NCBI GenBank assembly: GCA_013265495.1
Contig: MU058221.1
Location: 1,116,001 to 1,180,000 of the forward strand
Source of the DNA: Vicugna vicugna
Taxonomy: Eukaryota
Direction: 5' to 3'
Length of the DNA stretch: 64,000 bases
The notes under the pieces were generated by a model. That model was not told the origin of the DNA, did no database searches, and was given only the letters and a program-made list of their open reading frames with translations. Each line of letters starts with the position of its first letter. Within the stretch, counting starts at the first letter, position 1. This document shows, one piece after another, positions 12,967-25,500 of the stretch. The position numbers and the translations under genes are program-made.

Positions 12967-14660
12967 CAGTGGACATTTGGTCTATTGAGACATTTAGTCC
13001 ACACCAAAAAGGTCCTTGAAATTTGGTCCTATTAAAACACGGTGATCATATTTCTCTATGCCTAATGATCCTCGATATTTGGTCCTATCAAAAATGTCCA
13101 CCCTTAGAAATGTCTCTGGATTCAAATAGCCTGTAACATTTATTTACAATTTTGGTTTACAGGATTAATACATAGAAATACCATCAACATTTATTGGTCA
13201 GATCACTGTGTTGTGGCTACAATGCCAATAATAACCCTACACCTACTTGTCAGTTTGCATGGACCAACGCTCCCTCCGCTCGTGCCCACCTACTGGCTGC
13301 TGCAGGCTGGCCAAACTGGGCATCAAAGCCACAAGATACTGGTAAGGTTTCCGCTACCAAAAAGCTGGTGACCGCTGGTCAGGCAGCAGCAGCAGCAACA
13401 ACAAAGTCGCCCTTCTGCTGATTGGCAATATGGTATCTCTGTTTGAACATTCCTAGTGGGATGTCTCAGAAACAGTAGACTCACAAAAGGAAAAGCCAAC
13501 GCTCTATTGCAACGTTTTTTGTTACCATTTCCATTCCTTTAACAGAGATTGAAGTAGAAGGTACCAGTGCTGAGAAGAGAAGAGAATCAGGACTGTCTGA
13601 TGTACAACTAGTCTGGATTTGAATGACATTATGATCATTCAAGGTGGCGCCAGGAAAACGTCAGCACAACATTAGTGTTAAAGGGAACGCAAGGAAAACC
13701 CTGGAAAGGGTGAAACATCACAATAACAATAACCAAATGCAGCATCTTTACAGGTTTTTGAAGATGTTTCCATGATACTCATGATGAAGAGCTCCTAATG
13801 ATGCTAACAAGGAGAAGCTCATAAAAGAAACAAGTAAACAGAGTTTAAAACAGACATTGGCCTCCAGACCCAACTTAATTGCATGGAATTGAAATTCCAG
13901 AGGAGTATAAAGAGTATAAAGTGACCAGATGCAGAGAACCATTTCTTATGTACAATTCCAGGGGTCGAGATGGTGAAAGAATTCTTATTTATACAACTTT
14001 AAGACTGTAAGTATAAACATGATTCAACTACATCTAACAAACACACAAGCAAAAGGATGTCTTTTTCTCTTTTCGCAACCACCGGTAAAAAAATATCTTC
14101 TATGTGTCTAACAGCTGAGTACATGACAACAGACTGTGACACTTTCGAGTGGGCATCTGTGTTGTGTGGATTCCAATCTGTGCTTTTGGAAGACGTAAAT
14201 GAAATCATTGAGTACACTGTGGAGAGTGCAGGAGAATACTTAGATGAGCTAATGGATTATTTTGAGAAAGTGTATGCACCCGCGAAGCATGGCAAGGCAG
14301 AAGGAAACAGGCAGCGCCGAGATTTCCAGCAGCAAATTGGAATGTTACGCGTCACTACTGAGGATGCAGGATGGATGATGCAGCGGAGGCTGGCGTAGCG
14401 CGTTTCAAAAAACCACGTTGGTGCAGCATGCCTCAATCTGCAGATTTATTGATGTGTTAAAGGACCAATAGCAAATTGTTTGAACAAGTTATCCCCCGGG
14501 TTCTTGGTGGTCACACTGAAATATGGCAACCAATTTCATAGCAATATTCACAAAATTAACTTCTTATAACAGAAATTGTTAACACATACAATGAATATAG
14601 GGCCAGTCATAGGTGAGTATACACTTGAAAGTAATTGCTTGTCAAACGTTTATTTCTGAT
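12967..14660 (+). mobile_element. Mutator-like (MULE/MuDR) DNA transposon fossil, internally deleted, 3' terminus missing
   Basis: Terminal ATTTGGTCC repeats followed by a decayed transposase (see the pseudogene entry at 13461-14650). Confidence 0.85.
13461..14650 (+). pseudogene. Decayed FLYWCH-MULE transposase
   Basis: Manual translation. From 13469: ETVDSQKEKPTLYCNVFCYHFHSFNRD*SRRYQC (FLYWCH-like). From 13825: KKQVNRV*NRHWPPDPT*LHGIEIPEEYKEYKVTRCREPFLMYNSRGRDGERILIYTT. From ~14031: HLTNTQAKGCLFLFSQ (GCxFH/CxxH motif). ORF 14057..14398 includes VLLEDVNEIIEY...LDELMDYFEKVY. Then, across frameshifts: PRFPAANWNV, GWRSAFQK, HASICRFIDVLKDQ, ITEIVNTYNEYR. Confidence 0.85.
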
Positions 14661-15130
14661 GCTGAGTTCACTTTGTCTTCTTTGCATCCATTTTATTCCT
14701 GCATTACAATTACTATTTTGTTTTATGTACCTTGGATTTTTGTGTTTGGTTTTTGTTTGTTGAATTTCTGACTGACGGTCATTTTTCACACTCAAATATA
14801 TCTGAATATATTAATTCTGTTCGGAATATAGATTACAGTTTTCTCCTGCTTCGTGGCTATTTTTCCTTGTTTTAGTTTCCCAGCTTTTCTGCAATTCATC
14901 TCTATGGTCTTTGCTTTGGTTAATTTTTATTATATAAAAGGTGCTTTACATGGTTCCTAGTTTAATACTACACTGTTCTGTCTTTTTAGCAAAGTCCCAG
15001 TTCTGTGTGTGTGTGGTTGTTATTTTCATCTGGCATTGGCTTTGTTTTAGCTCGAAGTCCCCTAAACTTCCCTGTTGCTCTTTCTCCGATAGCTAACCAC
15101 CGTGGGGCACATCTTCCTCCCCTTCGGATT
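14660..15130 (-). mobile_element. Old L1 fragment (probable continuation of the host L1ME)
   Basis: T-rich, L1-antisense-like composition; no diagnostic motif. Confidence 0.35.
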
Positions 15131-18100
15131 TTCTGTCTCCTCCAGAACTTATGGGTGAAGATTAAGCCCTTTAGATTGGGCTTGTCCTTTCAATGTCGCT
15201 TGCTTCCCTAAGTAGAACCTGCCCCTTTATGTCGCAAGTCCGGCAGGTTTTACGACGTCTGTCCCTTTAGGGACTGCACGCTTTGAAATAGCTTCTCTGT
15301 AGTTCGTATTCTGATAATCTTTATTACTTATACTATTTTTAGGATTGTTGTGTGTTAGATGGAATTAACCTTCCTAGTTATTGCAGCTCACTCTCGAGCC
15401 CCTTTAGTGCCCCAGCACCACGTATTTCTCACATTTTTTCCTTCTTTGGCCACTAAGTTCTGTGGCGCGGGGGGTGAGGGGTTGTTGGGAGAATGTGACA
15501 ACTTGGCATCGGTATTTACTTTGCCCTTTTTTCCCCTCATAGTTTTTGGTACCTTCAACATTCTCTGTTTGCAGGTCATGCCGAAGGTGTGGAAGCGCAT
15601 AACATTTTTGTTAAAGTGAGGTCATGTCATGGCCTTGGGGGAGACAACTTGGAGAAGCATTTTTTCTCTGCTGTCTGTAAGGAGCGCTTTCTTAATGAAC
15701 ACCCTCAGAATTGGGAGTTACATTCGTTGCCTTATATTCTCTTTAAAACTCCTAAAATAATTAGAAGCTTAATTGCCCTTGCTTCAGCCACTGTTTCTAA
15801 AACACAGAGCCTAAGCAGTAATTGAGTTTTAAAATATTCCCGTGGAATGTTAACGCTGAGCAGGGCAAGGCCATCGCGGATTCACTTGATATTAAAAACA
15901 ACCCTTTTCAGAATATCATTTACTTATATTTTCACGAAGAAATGACCATCATAATATTCCTTAGAAAATTCTTCTTTCACAGACGACACTTGTCCTTTTC
16001 TTTATTCCTCAAAGGCAACATAAATACAGGTGTCAAGCTCGCTCATGAAATTGTAAATTTAGTGATATAAAATGACAAATCATTCCCTAGAAACCTTGAA
16101 CTTCTCATCAAGAGGATATTCAAGATAAGAAAAAAAAAATAGGTTTCTTTCAGGAAGCAGATCCGAAGGACATTTTCCAAGTAACACTTTTTTTTAAGAG
16201 ATGCAATCCCAGAGAGGACAGATGGAGGGAAAAAGGGGAATGTGAGGACTGAGGGGAGTGAAGAAGGGAAACACAGACAACGCATCGTAGACGGAGCACA
16301 GTTCTTAGGAAAATTAGTGACTCATGGTTCATCCGAGACATAGGAATACAGCCCTTGCTTCTCCTAACGGGCGAGGGCGAGGGCAAGCTGCTTTTCTGTT
16401 GCTCCCTCCTGTCTCCTGCTTTTCGATGGCACCTCTGCGTATGTTATCTGGCCCCTCCAGGTGGCTTGGAAAAGCCAGAGTTTTGCTGATTCTAATTTCA
16501 CTGGACATGAGTTCAAGATCTCTTTCTCCTGCTGCTTCTCTTGTTTCTGTTTGAAGCAAGATGAATGAATGGTGTGGCCGCTCACTAGTGACACCCTCGT
16601 GCGGAGTCACACCAACAGAAGCCTGGGTTCTGTGACCTTGAGAATGACATGAACCATCCCTGAGGAATCCACAGCTCGGCAGCAAGGCAAGTAGCCTGGA
16701 CCCAGAAGGCACATGGGAAACTGAGCCACGAGACCGAGCTTATCTGGGGCAACGCCTGATGGAGCCCTGTTTGCCAACATGTGCCAATTTGTATGTCTTG
16801 ACCTATAATTTAATGAAAGATGTGATATATAATAACCCTCTTTTAATATTCTATTGCTTTGGGCTTTGCAATGTGTAATTGATTTTGTTTTTCAGTTAAG
16901 ATATAAAATGCAATTCTTTCTTAATCAGGCGTGGGGAGACGCAATGAAACAATAATTGCATTTTCTTTCCTCATCCTAGTTAGAAAACACGGATAACTAA
17001 AGATTGCTATTTCATTTTTATAGACCAAGATCAGGGGTTTTTAAAATCTTTTATTACAATTTTAAAAATTTATCGATTATTTTATTTCAATGTGTAAAGA
17101 AAGAAGAATTTCACTTTTATTTTAGCAATAATTTCCCTTTGAACGCCAGAACAAGACGCTGAGCAGATGGTTATGTCCCTTTATAGAGCCATTGAGCGAT
17201 TTTACTTAGTGTCTTCTTCAATCGGAAACGCATTAACTCAACACACACTGATAATTTTGGAGCAGTTTTTGTTTCTCTCTTATTTTCATATTTATCTTTA
17301 AACTTGGTATAGACTGACCTTTCCCCCTGCATAACATAGAGTGTTATCAAATTAAAATTGAGCATGAATGGAAAAAAATGAATTCTATAACCATCCTTTT
17401 TTGATGGTGGGCAATTCCCCTCATGCAGTACTCCAGATATTGTGGAAATTAAAAATATCCCCTTCAACAAGCCCTCGATATTGAAACCAGAACACTGTCT
17501 AGCCTTAAGGGGCACTGATTGGTGAGAAAGAAATGTGTGTGATGATATCATTTGATCAGAAGATGAAGGAAGCAGGGCAAATTCTTTGTACTTTGGTTTA
17601 TATAACAGACAGACATAACAGGAAAACCTTTAGGATGAGTATAAATTTCAATGAAAATAATAATTGCATAATTCTCAGTACAAGAAATCAGTAAGTTCCG
17701 AAGAAGATGAAGCTTGGGAAACCTTTGAAAAATAGAAAAATGGAATAAAATCTAAGATTAAGAAGTTCAAGAAATCTGAATGCAGTATATAAGGATAATG
17801 GTCATTAAAAATTATTAGTACTGCTTTTATGTGTATACTTTGAGGAAAAGCAGAGAGCATAGGAGGTACTCAATCATACCCTGGATGCATTTTAATGCAT
17901 AAATAAATGAAATGAATTACCTTGAGTTCCTGCAGTCACTTCTCCATCCTATGAGTAGAGATGGAGGAAGAAAACATAAAAATGGTTAGGATCTGTTCCT
18001 ACAGTTTAAAGATATAACCAACTTTCTTTTAGTGATGTCCTGCCATTTTCAGATTTCTTTCATGTTCCCTGTAGTGGTTAAAATTACAAGATTCTTATCT

Positions 18101-21100
18101 TTGCTACTAAATTTAGTTTATGTGTCTCTCGTGAACAACATAAATGGATACAGTTCACATGAGTTTATCCCTGGAAAATTAGTTTTATATGGCTTGAACA
18201 GAATTCCTTTAGCTCGGATGACCTGCAAGTTTCTTCTCATTATCCTGATGTGTTGCATTAGAACCTAATTTTTGCTAATCACCACAAACATTGTAGGGGT
18301 CTCAGCAACAATTTCTGTTTCAGGTAACCTCCTCCCTTACCCCTCCTTTTTTTCCCTCTTTTAGTTTCCAGGTTTGCTGTGATGAAGATCTGAAATGTCA
18401 CTCCCTATTTAAATCTCTGAATTACGTGAGTGGAATAATTCCCAGGGACACTTTGTTATTAGTGAATCTAAGTGACATCTTTCTTTCTGTTTCTGCCTTT
18501 ATCAGGAGCCTTTGTAAGCGCAATTCTTCCTCCCTATACACAAAGAAGCTTTTCCTTTTGCAGCAGAATAAGTGGTAAGAAAAAGCCCTTCTGTAACACT
18601 TTGATGCTCTCCATTCTTGAACTTTTTTGTTCATGGTTCCTCGAAATTTGGGCTCTGGTTTAAAAGCATTGTTAATTTTAAGTAAAAAAAAATAGTCATC
18701 CAAAGGAAGAGTTTTTCTGTCAACCTCCCTTCTTTTTTTAACCTGAACAATCTCTGCCTTTGAAGCATCTCAACAGGGTTCTCCAAGCACCAGTCAAGAG
18801 CCTCTAGTCTGCGTTCAGACCAAGTGTTAGAGCACGTGCGTCTCAGCCCACCTCCCATAGCCTCTCTCAAGGTCCTCATGGAAAGAGCGCAGAAGCACAC
18901 ACATGTTAAAGAAGAAAAGCCCGCAGCAGCCATTGAAGCTAAAAAAAGTGACGTCCCCATTAAAAATAAATGTGATCCGCCTGCTGCACATGATGCAGAC
19001 AAGAGAAGTTGTGACCTTTAATCAAATTAAACAATAAACAGCTTGTCGAAGAGGAGTCCAGAGACGCCATCACAAAATCATGTCTGTTTTCAGATGCCTT
19101 TCTCTGACTCTAGAAAACAGACCCTTTCCTGGGTGGAGACGAGAAGGTCAGGGAGTGGGGAATGGAGGAAAAGTTCTAGAACCCCCTCACTTCTCCTGAG
19201 ATGTAACTTGTTCTGTGCAGATCATTCAGCCAAGAAATTTCTCATGACATCCAGACTCTACTTTCAAATTCTCATCTAAGCCAGAAGCCAGAGTTTCTGT
19301 CTAAAGACTTTACCTACAAAAACTGTAGTTATAAATAAAGTTAGTTTTTAAGTTTGAGGGTCAGATACGACTTACCCTTGTCTTACTGTATATTCATAAT
19401 ATGAATAAATAAACGAATGACATAGTCCATCTGTTGAACTATGTCATTAATTTATCTCGCTTATGGCGAGTTGAGGCAAACTATGACGGATTTGAGAGAG
19501 GAGGAGAGAAACAGATAAGAAGGAAAAGAGAAGTCTGTTTCTAAGAAGGGCTAACCTAAACTGCTAATCCCCTGGGAACACCCAAATGAAGAAATGTAGC
19601 CAAATCTACTTTGCCGCACCGGCCACTGGAGGACGCGTTCTACAGGAAGCAAGAGTCAAGATGAGGTCATTGGAAAGGGAGGGATTCAAGAAGACAAAGC
19701 TATAATATCTGAGAAATCCACCTTTTATTCACAAAATGCTTTTTTCAGTCTTGACTGGAATCCGGCGCCTTTCTGCCTCGGGGTTAAAGTGTGATAGAAA
19801 CAGTCTCCGTCCCCTTTTAGATTCATAAACATAATCGCCCTCAGTGAACAGGACCGACACGCATTCAATGCTGTGATCAGAAATGAATTATTAACTTTTG
19901 CAAGTAATGTGGTTCCGACATGGCAATCTTCTTTTTAGAGGCTGTTTACAATTTCCCACGTATTTCCTCCTCAAATGATAGTTCAGCTCATTGCCATTCA
20001 AGGTTCTCTTGCAATTTGACCTCAACTATACTTTTCCTTTATCTTCTCATGATTTTATATTGCTTTAAAATGACTGTGCAAAGTAAAGCTTCTTAAAATT
20101 TACTCTTGTGTGTTTTGACTTACTTAATTTTTTCCTGATGGAGAGTTCACTTTTTCACCCTTTCCTCATGCATGTATTTGCCTCCCTTCAAGGTTTAAAT
20201 GATCCAGTTTCCAGAAGCCCACACAACGCATCCCTCTCCCTGCCCTCTGCCCCATAGCCCTGTACCTCGTTTTCATTTCCGTTAAAACCCTTGTAATATT
20301 TTGCCCTTGTGTCAGAGTAATTATTTATATATATTTATATATTTATGTACCTGTCAGAGCTCTAATATATTTAAAACAGGGAGACTGAGGAACTGATCCA
20401 ATTTCCTGCTCAGTTAGAATCAGTGTGGAAATTTGAAATACCGGAAACCATGAGGCATGTGTTCTCAGCTGAGTGAAACCAGAGAAGACAGATCAGGGGC
20501 TGACTGTCCCCTCACGCTGACTGTCAGGGTGCCCTGCACACAAGGAGCCTCTAATAAAACGCCTTCCACACATGTTCAACACTGAGTAGTCACTTGAAAT
20601 CTTTAAACCATTAAGAAAAAGAAAGGGATTGCACAGTTTAAATGTCGAACTCAACAAACCCAACTGTGTCTCTGTACACTGTAATAAGATTTATAGATCT
20701 TTTCCCTACAGGAATCTGCAGTCACTAAGATTTTATTTTATATTTTGTTGTAAAGTAGAATGAGGCTTCCTAAAGGAGACCATTTTCAAAATTGCTCTTT
20801 AAAAACGTGTCCATATTCTATTAGCAAATCCCCCCCACCAAAGAAGATTTATACCTTTTTTCCTGTGCATCAATCTTTTTTATCCCCTCCTCCAAACGCA
20901 CCTCCTAGGCTTGGATATTAATGCCAAATCATGGAGAGGGATAAACAGACCATCAGCATTAAAAAATACACCCATCTTCTTTATTGAAAACCTTATGACA
21001 AAAGGAACCTAAAATTTGCATTTAAATAGGGACGATTCAAGAAACATACTGAACTAGATTTTTAAAGTATGTGATTTGTGTAAGGTTGGTAAATGCTGCC

Positions 21101-22829
21101 AACATCGCATTTTTTTTTTTTTAAAGAAACCAAGGAGTGAAAAACTGTTTCCCATGCCGGCAAACTTAAACACGTATCATCTCTTTAGCCAGGAATTTAT
21201 ACCTATATTGTGTTCTCTATAAACAAGAGAGTCACTTTTCAGTATTGAAAATGTTTAAAAGTTTAAAACATTAGGTGGTATGTTTATATCCTTCTTTATG
21301 TAAAATCAGTTAAATCCTAAATGTGACCGCCTCGTCCTGAAACCATTTACTGCCAGTCACCTCCTGGGGTAGAAAGATATGTGAGTCTCTCTCTCCGCAG
21401 TACCTGGAAGATAGAATTCCTGATTGAAAATTCTGTGCTGGGCGAAACCATTACTATCTAACTGAAGTCAATAAAAAATGCAGCCTATGACAGCAATTCT
21501 AACATTTTATAGCGTTTAACAATTGTATGAGAGTGCTCACACACACACAAACAATCCGAATCCAGAGGTTCTGACTCCGGTTTGGATGGGGTTATTGAGA
21601 GAGCATTCCAGCAAGTGTGATGCACAGTATCTTCAAGAAATCAAACAGTGGGTGGGAACGCATGAAGCTAAAGTAACAAAGATGCTGTATTAGTCTTGTG
21701 CTGATAGAGTTAAATTGTTAAAACAGGCTCCTGTAATGATAATTCTTACCTGGCACCAATCTTGATTAATAATTTAAAGGACTCAAACAAGAACCAAGCA
21801 CAAACATAGGATTTAATTTTGGAGGAACAGGTAACACTCAGTCATAACCCCTAAGGAATTTCATTCTCCTGCATTGGGACCAGGTTTGGTTTTGGATTAA
21901 CAGATAAATTCTGAGTGAGGTATGCAGGAAACATGGTTCCTAAAAGGAGCTGTTCGAATGTTTCAGCTTTCCCAGTTCTGTATGCCGTTCGTTAAACAAA
22001 AGGAGAGTGTCAATTCGAGTTACTCTCATTGGCCACACATGCATGCTTTCTAAATCTTGCTGTTAGATCTTTTTTTTTCCCACCTCTGCCCTTCAACTAA
22101 TCACAGGAACCCTTCATTTTAGTAAACAAAACTCCTTTCTGCTCTTCTATTTCTGCAAATAGCCACACAAAACCCATTCTTATGCCACGAATAAACTCTT
22201 GAAAGAGTAATTCACGTAACATGATGCAACATGTCTGACTTTTTTCCTTCTTTACCTGCCTGTCTTCTACTGTCCATCTAAACATATTCTTTTCTTTAAA
22301 GTGACCATTACCTGCTAGTAGAAACCTACACGAATATGAATTCAGCCCCCTTTCATTATACCTGAATACCCTCTCCATCATGCTTTGCCAATATTTATTC
22401 ATTGGATGATGATGTCAATGTCTTGTTTACATTATGAGCTCTCATATATTTTTTTCAAGTCCAAGTGCCTTTGAATAAAATGGAACCTGACATTAATTAA
22501 CCTTGCACAGTATTTTCTGCACAGCATTCTAACAAGTTCTGCTTGATTATATCCAGAGGATAAATATTTAGCGAAGTGGTCCCACTCTGCCTTAATATGC
22601 TCAGTGAACTCTGAGCCCTCCTGTCTCCCCATCACCCTCTGCATACTAAGTGATGTCTAGTGAAATACACAGAACGACAGAAAGAGAAAAAAGTGCCTGG
22701 AAACTCAACACACTTCTGAATAAGTAAGAGACAAAGAATTTGAAATGAACTTTTCAATTGCACTTCAAATTTTATCAAGTTTCTGAAACTGTATATTCTT
22801 TCAGTTCTTTTGGTAAATTTGTACCATAA

Positions 22830-22960
22830 TTACCAACCTTAGTTTAGAGATGAGAAACTGAATCTGCACGCATTTAATTAATTTCTCTAAGCTCGTGCAG
22901 TTAGCAAATAATGGAAGCCAGATTGATCTGGGGCCCCTTCATACCTAAGCCAGCCCTCTT
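22830..22960 (-). mobile_element. MIR SINE fragment
   Basis: 'agatgagaaactgaatc...ttaattaatttctctaagctcgtgcagttagcaaataatggaagccag' matches the MIR core in antisense. Confidence 0.6.
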
Positions 22961-22970
22961 CTCATCGTAA

Positions 22971-23250
22971 CATCATTTTCCAAAGTGTGCTCTGTGGATC
23001 AGAGTTACGGTCAGGGGATGGGGAGGAACCTTGCGGTAAATTGAGTTTGACAAATGTGAAATAAACAAAAGTTCCTGTACTTCTTAACTGTAAGACTCCT
23101 CAGAGTTGCAATGCACTATGATATGATTTGAATTTGAAACTTGCAAAGGGGGACACAGAACACAGTATTTACCAATTCCATGTAAGATTTGCTCTACGAC
23201 AGACTGAACTCTGGAACTCGAGCTCCTCAGAATGCTCTCTGAGGAACGCT
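22971..23250. mobile_element. Possible hAT-Charlie MITE relic
   Basis: Degenerate inverted ends: 'catcattttccaaagtgtgctct' and 'agaatgctctctgaggaacgctg'. Confidence 0.35.
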
Positions 23251-24125
23251 GGGCTTCGAGTTTCTTTGGTCCCTATTTAGATTCTAAGAGTCAGAGAAGG
23301 GATAACATCCCTGAATCTGTATTGGAACGCTGACTCGGAAAAATACGTCTGTTTGACAGAACCATCCAGAACCCATGATAGACAAATACAGAGAATGTTT
23401 TTAATTAATATTTACTCTGAGAGGAAACTAGGAATCAACAGTTTAATGAGATATCTGCCCCTTTGCCCTCTGCAGTTTCAAATGGAATAAGTAAAATATT
23501 GGTTAAAACAGCACGACACTGAAATAATCTGACACTTCAGGCTCAGTTTTGAGAACCCCAGACGCATGGCTGGTTTGGGGTGATCGCAGATGGATTTCCA
23601 ACACCAAGCACTTCCAGCTGCTCTTCCCCAAGTTCGGCCCACTAGACGTGATGTATGACTTTTGAAAATAGAATTGCTCTCTTATCTCAGATGGCGCTCA
23701 TTCTCCTGAGCTTCCAAAAGTCCTCTTATTTTTTGTTTAAAAAGAGAACAATCACTGCAGTGTATTTTTCTGAGTTACATCTAAAAATACAAAACATTTC
23801 TGCAGCAAATTCTATTTAGCCGTTGTGATATCCTGTTTTAATAAGGGTTTCAGCAGCAAGATAAAAATTAAATGTTTGCCAGAGTGATGCATTAATAACT
23901 CAAAACCTTTAATTATAGCAGAGCCCAATTTAATTAAACTCTACATTACGAACTGTCGGCCTTCATATCACGGACCCCTATGTTGAATGCTTTATAGCTG
24001 AGCTATTAAAAAAAAAAGTTATTCCATGGTTTGGAATATGATACAAGTTCTCCAATTATGAGAAAATGATCTTTGTTTTCAGCTGGGGGAACAAAAACTC
24101 TATACTGTATAAAATTATTTTTAAA

Positions 24126-24278
24126 GCACATGTTTTGCCTTTTTTGTTTGTTTGTTTTTATGAGGGGCAGGTAATTAGGTTTATTTATTTATTTAATTAG
24201 GAGGAGGTCCTGGGGATTGAACCCAGGACCTTGTGCATGCTAAGCATATGCTCTACTACCTGAGCTATACCCTCCTCC
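24126..24278 (-). mobile_element. tRNA-derived SINE (camelid-type) with 18-bp target-site duplication
   Basis: Minus strand reads GGAGGAGGGTATAGCTCAGGTAGTAGAGC...GGTCCTGGGTTCAATCCCC (Pol III A and B boxes) plus an A-rich tail. Identical TATAAAATTATTTTTAAA lies at 24108-24125 and 24279-24296. Confidence 0.92.
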
Positions 24279-24559
24279 TATAAAATTATTTTTAAATAAT
24301 GATAAAGAGAAAACTTTGTTATGTGCTAGACATATTCAAGACTCTGAACTACCCACATAAGTCAGGCAATATTTTTACGCCCAAAGAAGATATAAATGAG
24401 GGCTACAAAAGGTTTACCGAAGTAACACATTAAACCGAGATGTCTCTGACTTTCAAGTCTGAATTCAACATTTTTTATAATTGTGTTTTATCATGTTTTT
24501 ACTTTTTTGTGCTGCCTCTTAAATAACCTTCAGTGATGACCAAGGAGCCCATATGACTT

Positions 24560-25500
24560 AAAGGATAGAATTAACAGATAATTCTTACGTTATTTAAAAT
24601 ATTGTAAGAGGAAAGAAGTGTAATTTTTGAAATATACACAGTTCTTACACCAAAAACTGCTATGTAAGTCTGAATGTTGAACAAACACAATACAAATATA
24701 GACTGATTTTACTTACAAATGTGGATACAGAAATACTATACAGCTATACCGAATCAGCCAAAATCTGTCAATGTGTATCCAATGGCAGTTCTTCACAAAT
24801 TAATATGTACAATTGTTTGACAGTCCCCACACAATATCTTTTCTTATAAACTTGACAGAATTAGTGTAAAAGTTATACATAGCAATACGTTGGAAACTGG
24901 TAAAAATTTTTGTTGTATCAGTGTAGTCTATCCTATTACAATTTTAAAAAATTATTGCTATAGCAGACACAGATAGGTGGATAAATGGAATATAATTAAA
25001 AATGTAAAATCAGTATTAAAAGCTATATTGATTTTTTGTTAAAATTGACTTAGATCACTGTCTCTTATTTTATAAAAACATAATTATAGGCAGATTAAAT
25101 ATTTAAATTTTGAGACATAAACTAGAAGAATATCACAACACATCAAAATACCCTGATTGTAAAAAATTAATTTCTATGTTAAAAATGTCCTCTAAGATTT
25201 AAAACGAAATGATTTGAGGAAACTTTACTGCATACATTATCCAGGATACAGCTCTCCGTTCAAAGGTGAACCTTAAAGTAAATGGAACAAAATTATGTAA
25301 ACTTCAACTTAAAAATGTGCAAAAGTCTTAAAGAAGTTAGTTAATCCTATGAAAAAATTCAAAACATATATGCAATGTTTAAATCTATTATTAATCAAGG
25401 AAACAATATGAAACCATAATAATAAAATTCTATTGTAAACTGGGAAAAGTGAAAAAAAAAAAGATAACACCCAGTGTTTTCAAGACCTTTGGAAAATGGT
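24560..25500 (+). mobile_element. Highly decayed L1ME-type ORF2 fragments
   Basis: A-rich with L1-like phrases ('cagacacagataggtggataaatggaatataat', 'cagattaaatatttaaat'). Confidence 0.5.

Noticed and set aside
14057..14398. Intact or domesticated transposase gene
   Set aside because: It is only one open segment of a transposase with many stops, frameshifts and a deleted catalytic region.
16560..16780. Possible MLT1-type LTR fragment
   Set aside because: The resemblance is too weak to support a call.
18824..19021. 65-aa charged ORF as a coding exon
   Set aside because: GTG start, no convincing flanking splice sites and no recognisable homology.
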